The notes beneath the pieces were generated by a model, which was given only the letters and a program-made list of their open reading frames with translations, was not told the origin of the DNA and ran no database searches. From the human T2T-CHM13v2.0 reference genome, Homo sapiens, in the NCBI RefSeq assembly GCF_009914755.1, contig NC_060932.1: DNA of 64,000 bases. One strand, written 5' to 3'. The position numbers and the translations under genes were made by a program. This document shows, piece by piece, positions 50,667 to 64,000 of the stretch (within the stretch, counting starts at the first letter, position 1; each line of letters begins with the position of its first letter).

Positions 50667-51109
50667 CTTGTCCCTCCCACCCAAGCTGTACATGGGGAAG
50701 GTATATCTGTGAACATTTGGTAGAACTTGGATATGGAGAGTAAAATGCAAAATTAATACCAAATCAGATGTTCCTGCTGTCCTCACACAAACTTGAAATG
50801 ATGCCAGCATCTATACAGTATGGAAATAAAGCTGTTACAAATACCATCCAATATACCCTAAAACCTTCCATTTCCCCACTGTTCCCTGGTCTGTCCTGCC
50901 TCCTGGCCTCTGTACATGCTGTTCCACTTGAAACTCCACGCTCTACATCTCTCTTCCCACTCTTGCCTTCTAAACCCTTTTCTGTTTTCCTTTGTTTGGC
51001 AAATTTCTTTTCATCCATTATGCCTTAGTTGCATGCTACTTCCTCTAAAAGGCTATTCCCAAGTCTGAAATAGACTTGTCTTCTGTGTTCCTAATACATC
51101 ACTACTACT

Positions 51110-51275
51110 AGTAATAATAATATTAATAGCAGTTACTGAGCACTTGCCATGTTCCAAGTGCTGTGCTAGGTGCTTTCTATGCATTATCTCATTTGAAAAC
51201 CCCAGTAAGGTATGTACCGTTATTAACCATGTTTTAGAGATGAGGAAACTGAAGATCACAGAGGCTAAGTTTATT
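51110..51275 (-). mobile_element. MIR
   Basis: TTACTGAGCACTTGCCATGTTCCAAG...TTTTAGAGATGAGGAAACTGA. Confidence 0.75.
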
Positions 51276-52459
51276 AATTTCTTGGGGCTACCATAACAAA
51301 TTACCACAAACCTGGTGGCTTAAAACTTGGCTAGACTTAAAGCCCCAGGAGCCAGACTGTGTCTTGTTGATGCCTACTATTTTCACACCATAGTACCTGG
51401 TTGGTGATGCATTTTCAATAACTGTATGTTGAATGAATAAATCAGAGCCAGGTACTGTTAAGAATGCAGAACTGTTGAGGGCATATTGTTCAACCTGAGT
51501 CATTACTCTGGCTACAGTACCTGGCACTTCATTGTCTCGTGGCTCCCCACCATCCCCTTTTCTGAAGGTGCTACTCACTTCCTGGGCTGTGTGGCTGTTG
51601 CACCCTGAGTGGGCTGGAGTCTGAGCTGACAGCCCAGGTTTTCTGGTCCGCCCTCATGCCTAGCATCCCAGGCCTATCTGAGTGCGTCTCCACTTCTGGA
51701 GTGGGATGAAGTACCACTCCATAGGGATGTACCCCAGTTTCCTGAGCAGTGGAAGGGGGACTAGATGATATGACTGAGAAATGTGGGGGATCAGGTCCCC
51801 ATTGGGTAAGAGCTCCATCAGTAGGAAGCAGGGAAATTTAGGTTTACAGATCATCTCAGAAAAGACACTGTAATAATGTGTGCTTCTGTAGATGCCTTTT
51901 GACAGAATGTAAAAATTGTGTATCACTTTCAAATGTTTCTGTGACATTTTCTACTTGGTCCAAAAAGTTCTTGGATTGTAATTAAAAAAACCCACACATA
52001 TTTATGTAAATATAAAATACAAAATCACATTTAGGTGGCAAAAAACTCTGTATCTTTCCTCCTGACTTACCTGCTAAAAACCCATATAATGATGTTAGCA
52101 TTTACCTTTCTTAACCTGTATTCACTAAATGGTGCTGTTCATATAGGTGCTTATATAGTTACAGAAATGAGAAATACAGATATAATGGAATGATTAAAAA
52201 GGGGCAGGGTCTGTGTGATGAGAAGCCTGGGCCCTGATTCTGAAGAGGAGGCCATGAGCTCTGGCTGATCTCAGAGGCAGCAGCCAGTGGAGTGCAGTGG
52301 GGCGGGAGGACAAGTGACTTGAGGAAGGTAGGGAGGAGGGGAGAGGGCATTTCAGAGGGAGGAGGGACTGGTATGGGCAAAGGACAGAGGCTGGAGCTCC
52401 TATGTCATGACACCTCTTCTTTCAATTGTTTCTTGCTTGGACCCCATGATAATCCTTTT

Positions 52460-53538
<1,079 letters not shown>

Positions 53539-53756
53539 TACACTGCCCTTTCTAAACCAGGAAGCTGAGCATGCCACTCCTTTCCTGAAAACTGTTGCAA
53601 GGCTTCCCCTTGGCCTGGGATATATTCTGTGTGCTGTGCCTGCCTACTTCCCCAGTGTCAGCTCTTAGGCTCTGAGAGCCTCACACACCACTCCCCCTGA
53701 CCATTGTTTCCAAACCCACCTCCTTTTTGTTTTTTGCACACAGCTAGGCCTTGCTA

Positions 53757-53836
53757 TTAGGTTCGTGCAAAAGTAACTGTGGCTTTTGCCATTACTTATA
53801 ATGGCAAAACACGTAGTTACTTTTTCACCAACCTAA
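53757..53836. mobile_element. MADE1 (Hsmar1-derived MITE), 80 bp
   Basis: TTAGGTTCGTGCAAAAGTAA...TTACTTTTTTCACCAACCTAA palindrome flanked by TA. Confidence 0.93.
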
Positions 53837-54249
53837 TATATGCTGTGGCCCCAGCATGTAACACTCTCTTCTCACTCACCACCCTTGACCTTGTGTTAGA
53901 AAGGACTTCCTCTAGAAAACCTCTAGATGGGGTCAGTACCCTTGTATGATCTCTTATCTCTTCTTCCAGCCTGATGGTAGTTGCCCTCTCTTTTGCACCT
54001 GCTGGTTGAATACCAGTCTTCCCACTGCTTCCTGAGGGCAGGCACCGTGTGGGTCTTGCTTACTGTTTACCTCTAGCACATGGTGAGCTGGCAGTAGTGT
54101 TTGTTTAATGCAGGACGGGTGATATTTTCAAGGGCTATCAGGTAGAAAAGTTTTTGAAAGGAGGGGTCAGATATTCAGCAGTAGTGTTATACATAGTCAG
54201 ACCGGGGAAAGCCTTGAATGCCAACAGTTCAGAATTCATTCTGTAGGTG

Positions 54250-54633
54250 AAGGGTTAACAAATCTAACCACTACAGGGGGCAGGCAGGAACCATAGTGGG
54301 GAAAGGCCAAGAAAGATGCAGAAGTGGTGATGGGGTCATGGTGGGCCGTGGAGAGCAGGTGCCAGGGACAGAGCAGCCACCACTCAGTGGCAGCAGATCA
54401 TTGCCAAGTAGAAACATGGGCTTAGAGTTGCCAGACTTTCTGACTTTTTAAGAGAAGTCAGAAATCAATCAATCAGTCTCAGTCTCTCTCTCTCTCTCTC
54501 TCTGCGTGTGTCATACAAAATCTCAATTTAAAAATGTTGTATCTAAATTATGTTTTTGAAAAACACAGTATAAGCCAAACAAAAGCCATCTGTGGGCTGG
54601 ATTGAGCTCAGAGACTTCTAATTTTCAGCCTCT
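54250..54633. mobile_element. MER102-like hAT-Charlie, with internal (TC)n
   Basis: GTTGCCAGACTTTCTGACTTTTTAAGAGAAGTCAGAAATC...CCAAACAAAAGCCATCTGTGGGCTGGAT. Confidence 0.65.
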
Positions 54634-56613
54634 GCTAGAGGCATTTAAGTTTTGCTTGAGCTGGGAAGTAACAGATTGCAAGTGGCATTGTAGGAAGATA
54701 CCTGCATAGGTGATACACAGGATATCTTGACAGAAGAATCATCTGGCTGCAAGTCCAGCTAGAAGGCTGGCACACCAATTTACTTGTTCAGCACCCACTG
54801 AGCACCAGGTCTGTGCCACACTGTGGGGCTGTTCCAGAAGAGAAGACCAAGGTGGCACCTGCAGGAACGAAAGCAACACGTCCTTCCTCTTGCTTATAGC
54901 CCCACTCAGTGCAATGGAAGGGCTCCAGCTTGCGCTATGCAGTTGGGTGGTCTGCTAGTCATGTGACTGTGATTTGGGGTCTGACCTCCTATGAGAGCTT
55001 GCATCCCTGGGGTCTCTGTCTTGTTCTTCAGTCTTGCTTCCCACTTCATGGCTGTGTCTTGCTTTTCTGTGACAGAGACCCTTGTCTTGATACCTGATCC
55101 AGTGTCTCAGCCCATCTGAAGCCAGTCCCATGACTTCCTAGATTTGAATGGTGATTTTTTACTACTTTTTGACAGACTTTGGGGTCGGCTTGCCGGTTTC
55201 ACCCATTTTCACCTGTTCCTGAATTCCGAGTCTGTGTGGACACCTCTGTTGCTTTCTTTAGACCTTCCTAGTCCACGCTCTGATGGTCACTGCTGCCAGA
55301 GGTGACCCCTGCCATTCCTTTTTCCTTTGGGTGGGTGTTGTATTCTGCCTGCAGGCCTCAACTTCCCTGAGAGCCTGCAGAAGACTCTGTCCCACCAGGG
55401 TCTCCCCGCTCCAGCAGGTGGTCTAGTTCTGGATCCTGACCCTTTATTGCCGCACAGCTACATGCCAGGCCCCGATAAGGAGCGTCCACCCTTTCCTTAG
55501 TGACAACAGAAGTAAAAGTGTAGAACATTTACACACATTCCAGGGGTTTAGATGGGATAGGGGTCAAGTTAAACACTGAAAAAGTTATGGTCCCCCTTCC
55601 CATCCACCTGTGTCTTAAAAACCATAAAACTCCAAACTCATCTATACATTGGAATTAAAATAGCCTCTTTTCCAAATTTCAGCTAGCAAAATTCTGGTTG
55701 AATTGATTAAAGCTTTCTCAAGTTTTTCCCCTGCTTTCCTAGTGCCTTAAACATATTGATCTATATTGGGCCTGGGGTGAGGAGGATAGAAACGTTGTGA
55801 AGCCACCCAAGGGGGAGATCTGAGCAAAGCAACCATGAGAACAGGCTTAGGGTGGTGGTAAAGCAATGGATTTCCCAATAACTCTAGATCCTAGATGTCC
55901 CATAGTTCTTACCTATTGAATTAATGACATTTGTTGTTTGAAATAGAGCCTAAAATTAAGTGGTCATTGCCTAGATTTGAGCTTCAAATCAGACTTGTTC
56001 TGAATTCAAGCAAAGGCGAATGAAGCTTTTATTTTCGATTTTATTTTTATTTTTTAAAGAGAAAAAGGTTTCATCAATTTCAAAAGCTTCTCGGTTTATA
56101 TCAAGATCCAAGAGTGGTTAGGTTAGATGTTAAAGATATTACCAAAAGCTATGGAGCAGGAAAAGGGGGAGACAATTGGCAGGAGGGAAATTTCTGGCAG
56201 ACAGAAAGGGGAAAGCCCTGCTCATGCTGCGTGAGGCATCTGGAGGGCCAGGGAAGGACCATGTCAGCTGTCAATCAGCAAAGTGACAGCTCAGAGCTGA
56301 CAGAGGCAGGCGGACCAGCTGAGTACAGCTCTGTTGCCTCCAGCACAGGACTCCAGTGAGCAGGGCAATGAGGAACATCTCAGCAGAGGATAGCCTGGAC
56401 CTAGGTCTGCAGGGCCCCCTTCACTGCTGGGGGAAATGCTGGCACTTCATGGGAATGAGGAGAGGGAGAAAGACCTCTCAAGAGGGAAGAAGCTGTCCTC
56501 ACATGGAGTTTAAACTTTGAGTGGTTTTAATTGGCTGCTTTGAATATTTTTGTTTTTCTGCCATCAGCAGATGTGGGGGCTCAAAAAAAGTAGAGTCGTT
56601 ATAACAAAATAAA

Positions 56614-56617
<4 letters not shown>

Positions 56618-56644
<27 letters not shown>
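56618..56644. repeat. T27 homopolymer
   Basis: Pure T run not attached to a recognisable element. Confidence 0.9.
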
Positions 56645-56735
56645 GCAATATCTGAATCACAGTGTGTACTTTTCAAGTCTCCCCATGCATGCACATATGT
56701 GCATGCATTCACACACAATATAGAATCATATGTAG

Positions 56736-56892
<157 letters not shown>

Positions 56893-57902
56893 AATCATAT
56901 GTAGTACTTTGGGAGTTGGAGACAAGGAAGAAGAAGGAATTCAAGATGACACTGAAGTGCCAAGTCTGAATGATTAGACCAGGGACAATGTCAAATATCT
57001 ATAACATGAATAGGTAAGGGGTGTGGTGGATAAAGCTTGTTTGCCACAGATTGAAGGTAGCCAATTCTTCCACTCTGGAGGTAATCATTGGAGATACTCC
57101 TTTTGGACCCACCTTGCTCTGGGCTGCCTCGTCTCTGGCTAGAGTGGGTCTGTCTTCTTGTTGGCACTTATTTAGCTGGTTGGGGTCTGGAAGAGAACAC
57201 AGTGTAATCAGACTGTGCCTCCATGGCCTAACCACCTCTTTCAATGAGCAAAAGTATAGTCAAATTAGTTTTTGTTACCAGTAGCAACTACAAAATAAAC
57301 TGTAAATTTTTGATGTTAGTGTTAATTTAGCCTTGAACTTCATTGTAGAATTAAATTTAAAGTTTAGCATCTAAGAATCTTAGGATTAGAAGAAACCTTA
57401 GAGGCAATTAAATCCAACTTCAGCCCTACATAAAAATTCAAAGAAACACCTTGGTGTTTTATCAACAAGACAAGTTCCTTAGGGGGAGGGACTGTGCTTT
57501 ACTTATTTTTGAATTCCCCATGCATTGTACAATGCCTGGAACATTGTAGGTGCTCCTTAAATGTTTCAGTGCTTGTCCAATATGCTTGTTAGTTGGTAAT
57601 AAGCAAACCGGCATATTTTAGAATAAGTAATCTAAGTTTCCAAATCTAGAGTTTTGTTCACTGTAGACTACAGACAAGTTTAGCAGATGCTAAACCACAG
57701 GTTCTAGCTTACATGCTAGAAACATCTAAGTCAATGACGGTGATGGAGATGTCAGGACTCTGCAAACATTAAACATCTGGCTTTCTATGCTGACATACAG
57801 AATTAGGAATTAAAGCACTTTGTTTAAAAATATTTAAAAAACCCTTCAAGACTGGGAAAAGACACCCTTCTTTATAGCCAGGCAGACTAAAGACAATTGT
57901 GA

Positions 57903-58248
<346 letters not shown>

Positions 58249-58499
58249 AACATTAATACTTTTCATGTTGAAAATATAGATTTCACATCTGGGAACAAAG
58301 AAAAAAAACAGAAGAATTTCTCCCCTAGGGATCAGCAATATCCCATCTGAAAGGACAAATCTAGTATGCTGGTTGGGTAAGCATAATTACAGCAGTGGCA
58401 GGACCTGGAGACTTTCTGATAGGAAGAGTCACAGCAGGGAATGAAGCCAAATAATAAAATAAAAAAACTTTCCAAAATGATGAGGGCCCAGGTTGTTAC

Positions 58500-58587
58500 A
58501 TCTCCATGACAACAGAAAATGCAATATTTACACCCTTATTTACCCTTCTATTCAACCAAAAAAATGCATGGCATTTGCCATGGTAAC
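58500..58587. promoter_or_regulatory. Pair of RFX X-box-like motifs
   Basis: ATCTCCATGACAAC (58500-58513) and TTTGCCATGGTAAC (58574-58587) vs GTNNCCATGGYAAC. Confidence 0.35.
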
Positions 58588-59882
58588 GCCTACATCATAT
58601 ATGCATGTATCACTTCAGATATGTGGCCTGCTATTCTAAAAACAACAAACACATACCAAGACATGAGCGTCATGTGAAACCTCTACTCATTTTACAATGT
58701 TTTGATGGAAAAATATGTCCCGCTGGACGTTAACATCTTTTTTTCTCAAGGACTGTGTTCCAGTTTCAGTGGCAGAAAACCCAGGTGTCCTTCTGCTTCT
58801 TTCTCTGCCTCCAGAGTCACAGTGAGAGCCATGTCGATGTGTCATTGTGAGTGGTCGGGGGAGGAAGTTTGGGCTAAGAGTGTCAGCCATAGGACAGGTG
58901 AGAGGGGGTTATGGTTTTGACAGGACAGGGAAGGTGGCTCTGTAACACAGGAGAGAGCTGTCTGTATCCCCAGAGTGATTTGAAAAGCCTCGATAATCCT
59001 TTTTTCCCCTGAAGCTTTCTTCCGTGGATTTGCATTGAGAGATGACATTCAGACAGTCACATCTTTCAATTACAGCAACGATGCTTTTAACTAGGAGAAT
59101 AATTAATGGCTTACTTCCAAAGTAGCCAGTATCACCTTGGCTCATTAAAATTGATATATGAGCTTGTCCAGGCTCTAAGAGGATTGGGCTTGGGACTGAA
59201 AAGATAGGATAGAGGAGAAGGAAGGTGTTGAGAGTGGGGTGCTGCTGGGATGGCTTCAGAAGTTTGGGACCTCAGAAGAACTAGACACTGGGTGGCTGAG
59301 GGATGGGGCTCAAGGTTGTGAAAGAGGCAGGGGGCAAGGAGAGTGAACAAATAATCCAAGCTGCATGGCAGATATCAGGCTCTAAAAATAAACTTCACAG
59401 TTTTGTCCATGGCTGCCCAGGTTTTCAGCTTTCTAATGTACCCTGCTGTTGGCCTGACATGAAAGTTTGGGGTTTGGCTGAGAAGCAAAGCTTCCATGCC
59501 GCGCTGTACCACCTCCATCCCTATCCTCTCCTGAGCCCGCTGCAATAACATCTTTCCCAAGCACACATCCTTGGGATGACCAGGATGGCCACAGGAGAGG
59601 GCACTCTTCCATCAATTACCAACGTTTCCCGTCCCGATATTTTATTTGGCACCTCTCCTTGCTACTTTACTCTTATTGCCAGTTATATGGCCACTATTTT
59701 TGGTAGTTTCTGACCCAGAGAGTCTTGAGGAAAGGTCAGAGTGCCTGTATCTGAGAGTGTAGGGCTATTGTGTTCCATTCCCAGTTTAGAGTCCCACTGA
59801 GCGGCAGGTGCTTCTGGAGGCCTAGTCGCATTCATCGGGTGAAGCGCTGCACAGTGATGAACACATTGCAAAGTCTCAGTGA

Positions 59883-60204
<322 letters not shown>

Positions 60205-61754
60205 AACATAGGTTTATTTCTTGTTCAGGCCTTGCCCAGTGCTTCCCTAGGGCATCTTCCTTCCAGGGCTTTACTCAGAAATGGAGGCTGCTCAATATTA
60301 AATAGCCATGCTTTTGAAGCACATTACAGGGTTGGAGGGGTCATGTACTGGCACATCCAGAAGTGGCATGCGTGCCTTATTTTCACTCATGGCCCATTGG
60401 TTGAGCTCATGAATATTCAGTGATCAGTAAATGTCTCTGCTATACTTATGATGTCCGGTGGTCAACTTTAGACTTGTGATTTCAAGAATAAAATGGGAGT
60501 AGTTAGGGCACAGTGATCAGTTATCAAGAGGTCAAAAAGATGAAATCTTCTGAAGACATCCACATAAAAGTTGGAAAAATATTTGTGTGCCACTTCTGCT
60601 GGGAAGGTGCTTTCTAATAAGCATTGTCGTCAGACAGATGGGACCAGCCAGAGACCAGCTGTGGGCTGCAGAGCCCCCTTCGCTGTACTGCCTGTTGCCT
60701 GTCATCCCCTCAGCATGAACAGGGCATGGCTCCTGGTGTGAAAAGACTCACGGCTGGAGCTTCTTGACTGTTCTAGGTTCTTGTCCCCCAAACACTAGAT
60801 GATCTGTTGCTTTTGTATCTCAGGGGTTCCACCTGTTCCTGACACCACAGACCCCTCTCAGTGTAGAGTATGTTCCTTTGCCAAAGATATGAGATGCTGT
60901 TCTACCAAAGAAAGGGAGATCCAGTTGTTCTGAAAAATTCCTGAACTCGACCCAAATTATAAAAAGCAACCTCCCCAATCCCAGCAATTTCTGCTGAGGG
61001 ATGTGGTGGCAGCTAATCAAAAGAGGTGTAATTATCACCTCAGAATGGTGAGTGTATCAGCTCTGAGGTGCAGCATGAGGCATGGGCTGAGGAAGCGGGA
61101 GGCACCAAACAGGATCTTGATGACTAAGCGCATCCCCGTGGTGACCAGGAGGGGACCAAGCCGGACTGGCCCTGCCGAGGGGAGAAGTGGTGTGATTCAT
61201 CAAGGCTCACTTCCCGCGGGAAGCTGCCCCTTTTTGCTGGGGCACTGGCTTCTAGTCCAAGGCTGGGTGCTGCCAGTGCTTTCAGTCTGCACTACACAAT
61301 TTACTGCTAAAATAAATGGTCTCCTGTGCAGATCTCAATGTTTGTGTGTATGTCATCACTGCTTGCCAAATACCGCTAAGTTAAAAGAAAGTAGTTCCTG
61401 TGTCTGCCTGCCTCTCAGCTGCTGAGAGATAGAGGAAGATCTAAGTTGGATCTTATCTGAGATCTTAGAAATGGCAAGCACAGATGATCTTACATCTAGT
61501 CCAAGAGTCTTATTGTGAGAGATTTAAATCATGAAAAGAAAAACAAGAAAGATGACCATGGTTTCTTGTCTATGAAAGAAGTGCCATGTTGTAACAAGCA
61601 TCTTTTCTTATGATATTCATCTTTTCAATTGATCAGTTACCCAATATTAATAATGCCCAAGGCTGTCTGCTTTGGTTTTCTTGACAGCTCCTATGTGTAG
61701 GCAGACCGGGTAGAAATAGAACCATTTTTGCAGCAGTGCAGGTTCTCTTTCCTT

Positions 61755-62061
61755 TTCTGCAAGATCTACAACCTTTGACTGGGGGTGACTGTGCAATGGA
61801 GAAAGGAAATAATCACACCTTTCAGGGACTGCTGGATGCTGGCTCTGAACTGAGATGAATTCCAGGAGACCCAGAATGTTGCTGTGGTCTACCAGGCAGA
61901 GTAGGGACTTGTGGAAGTCAGGTGATCGATGAAGTTTTAGTTCAGGTCCATTTCACAGCGGACCCAATGGGTCCCCAAACCCATTCTGTGGTTATTTCCC
62001 CAGATCTATAATGCACAATTGAAATAGACACACTCAGCAGCTGGCAGAATCTCCACACTGG
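61755..62061 (+). mobile_element. ERVL internal fragment (protease region), decayed
   Basis: Translates QGLLDAGSELR*IPGDP...GPQTHSVVISP...IEIDTLSSWQNLHTG, similar to HERV-L LLDTGS protease. Confidence 0.8.
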
Positions 62062-62341
62062 GAAACCTTCCTAACTTTTTCTCCAAACCTGCTTGCCTCC
62101 CTTATCTGCCCCTCCAAGCTCCTCTCCTCCTCAGCATCAGTTGCCCTTTCTTTGTGCTCTTACAGCATTGTTTATTTATCCTATTAAAATGTACATCACA
62201 CTCTAGTATAATTTTTCATGCAATTGCTTTTCCCATGTGAAGGAAGCAACCATGTGCTATTCTTGCATCTCCAGCACCTTGCTTAGGGGCTAAGTAGATA
62301 AAAAATGTGTGAGGAATAACTGAATGAACCAGTGAATACAT

Positions 62342-63630
<1,289 letters not shown>

Positions 63631-63739
63631 CATCAGACATCCTCACCCCTTACTGTTGACCTTTCCCTGGCCTTCTTGTTCACACGTTTAATTTGGTTTC
63701 TTGGTCACTCCTTTGCTGGCAGAGTGGTAGTTATCACTA

Positions 63740-63860
63740 GAATTGGCTACACAACTTGAAGGACCTAGTGCAAAATGAAAAGACAGGGGTCGTTGCTCAA
63801 AAATGATGAAGCATGTCAAGACAGCAGCAGCAGAGCGTTCAAGCAATGCGGGCACAGGTT
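63740..63860 (-). mobile_element. MER45-family hAT element
   Basis: CTAGTGCAAAATGAAAAGACAGGGGTCGTTGCTCAAAAAT...CAAGACAGCAGCAGCAGAGC. Confidence 0.6.
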
Positions 63861-64000
63861 GCCCGCCCATAAAATTGGGACCTGGTTTACTACAGAGTAC
63901 CTTTTTCCCTTAAGGAGGTGTACCTGGTTTCTGACTGCATGAACTGTGACCTGTGTAGTTTGACTGTGTCTATTCCTGGGGCAAGTGGCTTGATCAGTCA

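Noticed and set aside
56600-56650. T27 run as a solo poly(A) retrotransposition
   Set aside because: No convincing TSD around it

Overview
Human (great-ape lineage; human-specific L1HS-Ta diagnostics present) genomic DNA. It is repeat-rich, and I can recognise no host protein-coding exon, RNA gene or CRISPR array. The dominant feature is a full-length, dead, minus-strand L1PA2/3 (21492-28912, 15-bp TSD). Its ORF2 is interrupted by a younger L1HS-Ta insertion that has a twin-primed 5' inversion and a 26-nt 3' transduction. About 37.5 kb away lies a tail-less, doubly truncated 1.17-kb L1 ORF2 fragment with a 12-bp TSD. It shares apparently non-consensus variants with the full-length copy, suggesting a locally templated or internally primed insertion. 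Also present: a 5'-truncated RPL36A processed pseudogene (17-bp TSD, absent from the ORF track), solo LTR12 and THE1 LTRs, several MaLR/ERVL LTRs, an orphan ERVL protease relic, a MADE1, MER DNA transposons, 13 Alus, MIR/L2 relics and an unexplained 74-bp local duplication. Repeat subfamily names come from my recollection of consensus sequences, not from a database search.
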